This document shows positions 63,294 through 64,000 of a stretch of 64,000 bases of DNA, piece after piece (within the stretch, counting starts at the first letter, position 1; each line of letters starts with the position of its first letter). The stretch is taken from positions 160,001 through 224,000 of the forward strand of contig CAVPOC010000002.1 in NCBI GenBank assembly GCA_963706955.1, given 5' to 3'. Below the pieces are notes generated by a model. The model did not search any database and had not been told where the DNA came from. It saw only the letters and a program-made list of their open reading frames with translations. The translations under genes and the position numbers were made by a program. The stretch is from an uncultured Verrucomicrobiae bacterium (lineage in GTDB: Bacteria > Verrucomicrobiota > Verrucomicrobiia > Chthoniobacterales > Terrimicrobiaceae).

Positions 63294-63866
63294 CTACTTT
63301 GTGCTCTTCTCGAACTTATCCAACTTCGGTCGAATGATCGCGCGGCTATACGGATAATTCGGATTATTGGAATAGAAGTCCTGATGATACTTTTCAGCAG
63401 GATAAAACTCCTCTAAAGGCACAATCTCAGTGACGATCGGATCCTTGAAGTTTGCTTGAGCCGCCGCTTTTGACTTCTCAGCGATAGCTTTCTGCGTTTC
63501 ATCCTCATAAAGAATGATGGATCGATACTGCGGTCCCGAATCGGGGCCTTGACGGTTGAGCGTCGTGGGATCGTGGGCCTTCCAAAACAGATCAATGATC
63601 TCAGCGTAGCTGATTTTATCTGGATCGTAATCTATCTGAACAACTTCCGCATGTCCCGTTTGACCAGTGCAGACGTCTTCATAAGACGGGTCTGGCACAT
63701 TCCCTCCGGCGTAACCGCTAGTCACACCCAGAATTCCCGGGACAGTTTCATAAACTGCTTCGACACACCAAAAGCATCCTCCCCCGAGGATCGCACGTGC
63801 TTTTTTTTCTGCCGCGCTCATTGAGCTCAACGCTAGCACAGCCATCACCAAAATCCACGCTTTCAC
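63294..63866 (-). CDS. msrA: Peptide methionine sulfoxide reductase MsrA with signal peptide
   Basis: GGGCFWC, GYAGG, GHAEVV, RQGPD.G.QYRS, AEKYHQ. Confidence 0.95.
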   Translation of the reverse strand: MKAWILVMAVLALSSMSAAEKKARAILGGGCFWCVEAVYETVPGILGVTSGYAGGNVPDPSYEDVCTGQTGHAEVVQIDYDPDKISYAEIIDLFWKAHDPTTLNRQGPDSGPQYRSIILYEDETQKAIAEKSKAAAQANFKDPIVTEIVPLEEFYPAEKYHQDFYSNNPNYPYSRAIIRPKLDKFEKSTK

Positions 63867-64000
63867 ATCATCGGCCGAATTATCGGCGGTCCTCCTTACT
63901 CAAATTACCAATTCTCAATAAGCATGGCTAAATCATCTACGACGCTTTCGATTTTTTTCAGATCCTTGCGACGTCCCTTATCCGGCTTGAGCTGTCGGTG

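Noticed and set aside
63924..64000. Start of a + strand CDS at the window edge
   Set aside because: Too short and motif-free to support a call.

Overview
A 64-kb, GC-rich, gene-dense bacterial chromosomal segment. It is most consistent with a Verrucomicrobiota (Chthoniobacterales/Spartobacteria-like) genome; this is inferred from a PVC-type prepilin-like H-X9-DG gene, a giant secreted TPR protein and a CHASE2/FecR module, and there is no rRNA marker in the window. Most genes are housekeeping: rmuC, infA, DEAD-box helicase, desaturase, aminopeptidase, rarA, tyrS, hrpB, hpf, scpAB, pheA-like, miaA, hflX, rlpA, lpdA, pdhABC, a sirtuin and msrA. No rRNA, tRNA, CRISPR array, transposase or prophage was seen. 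The most unusual item is a non-autonomous, CTAG-targeting, highly structured MITE present twice (2050-2321 and 53336-53692). The longer copy carries three ~30-bp cassettes of unrelated sequence that share the same interleaved A-B-A'-B' (pseudoknot/bistable) architecture. Also notable: GTAG- and GGAG-type REP/REPIN elements; a CHASE2 adenylate cyclase divergent from a beta-barrel plus FecR pair; a PheA whose prephenate dehydratase domain is internally deleted and degenerate; a Bacillus-like GH1 phospho-beta-glucosidase; and an RRM-miaA-hflX operon lacking hfq, in which miaA has no ATG/GTG/TTG start. Seven +1 frameshifts probably reflect sequencing or assembly indels rather than true pseudogenes.
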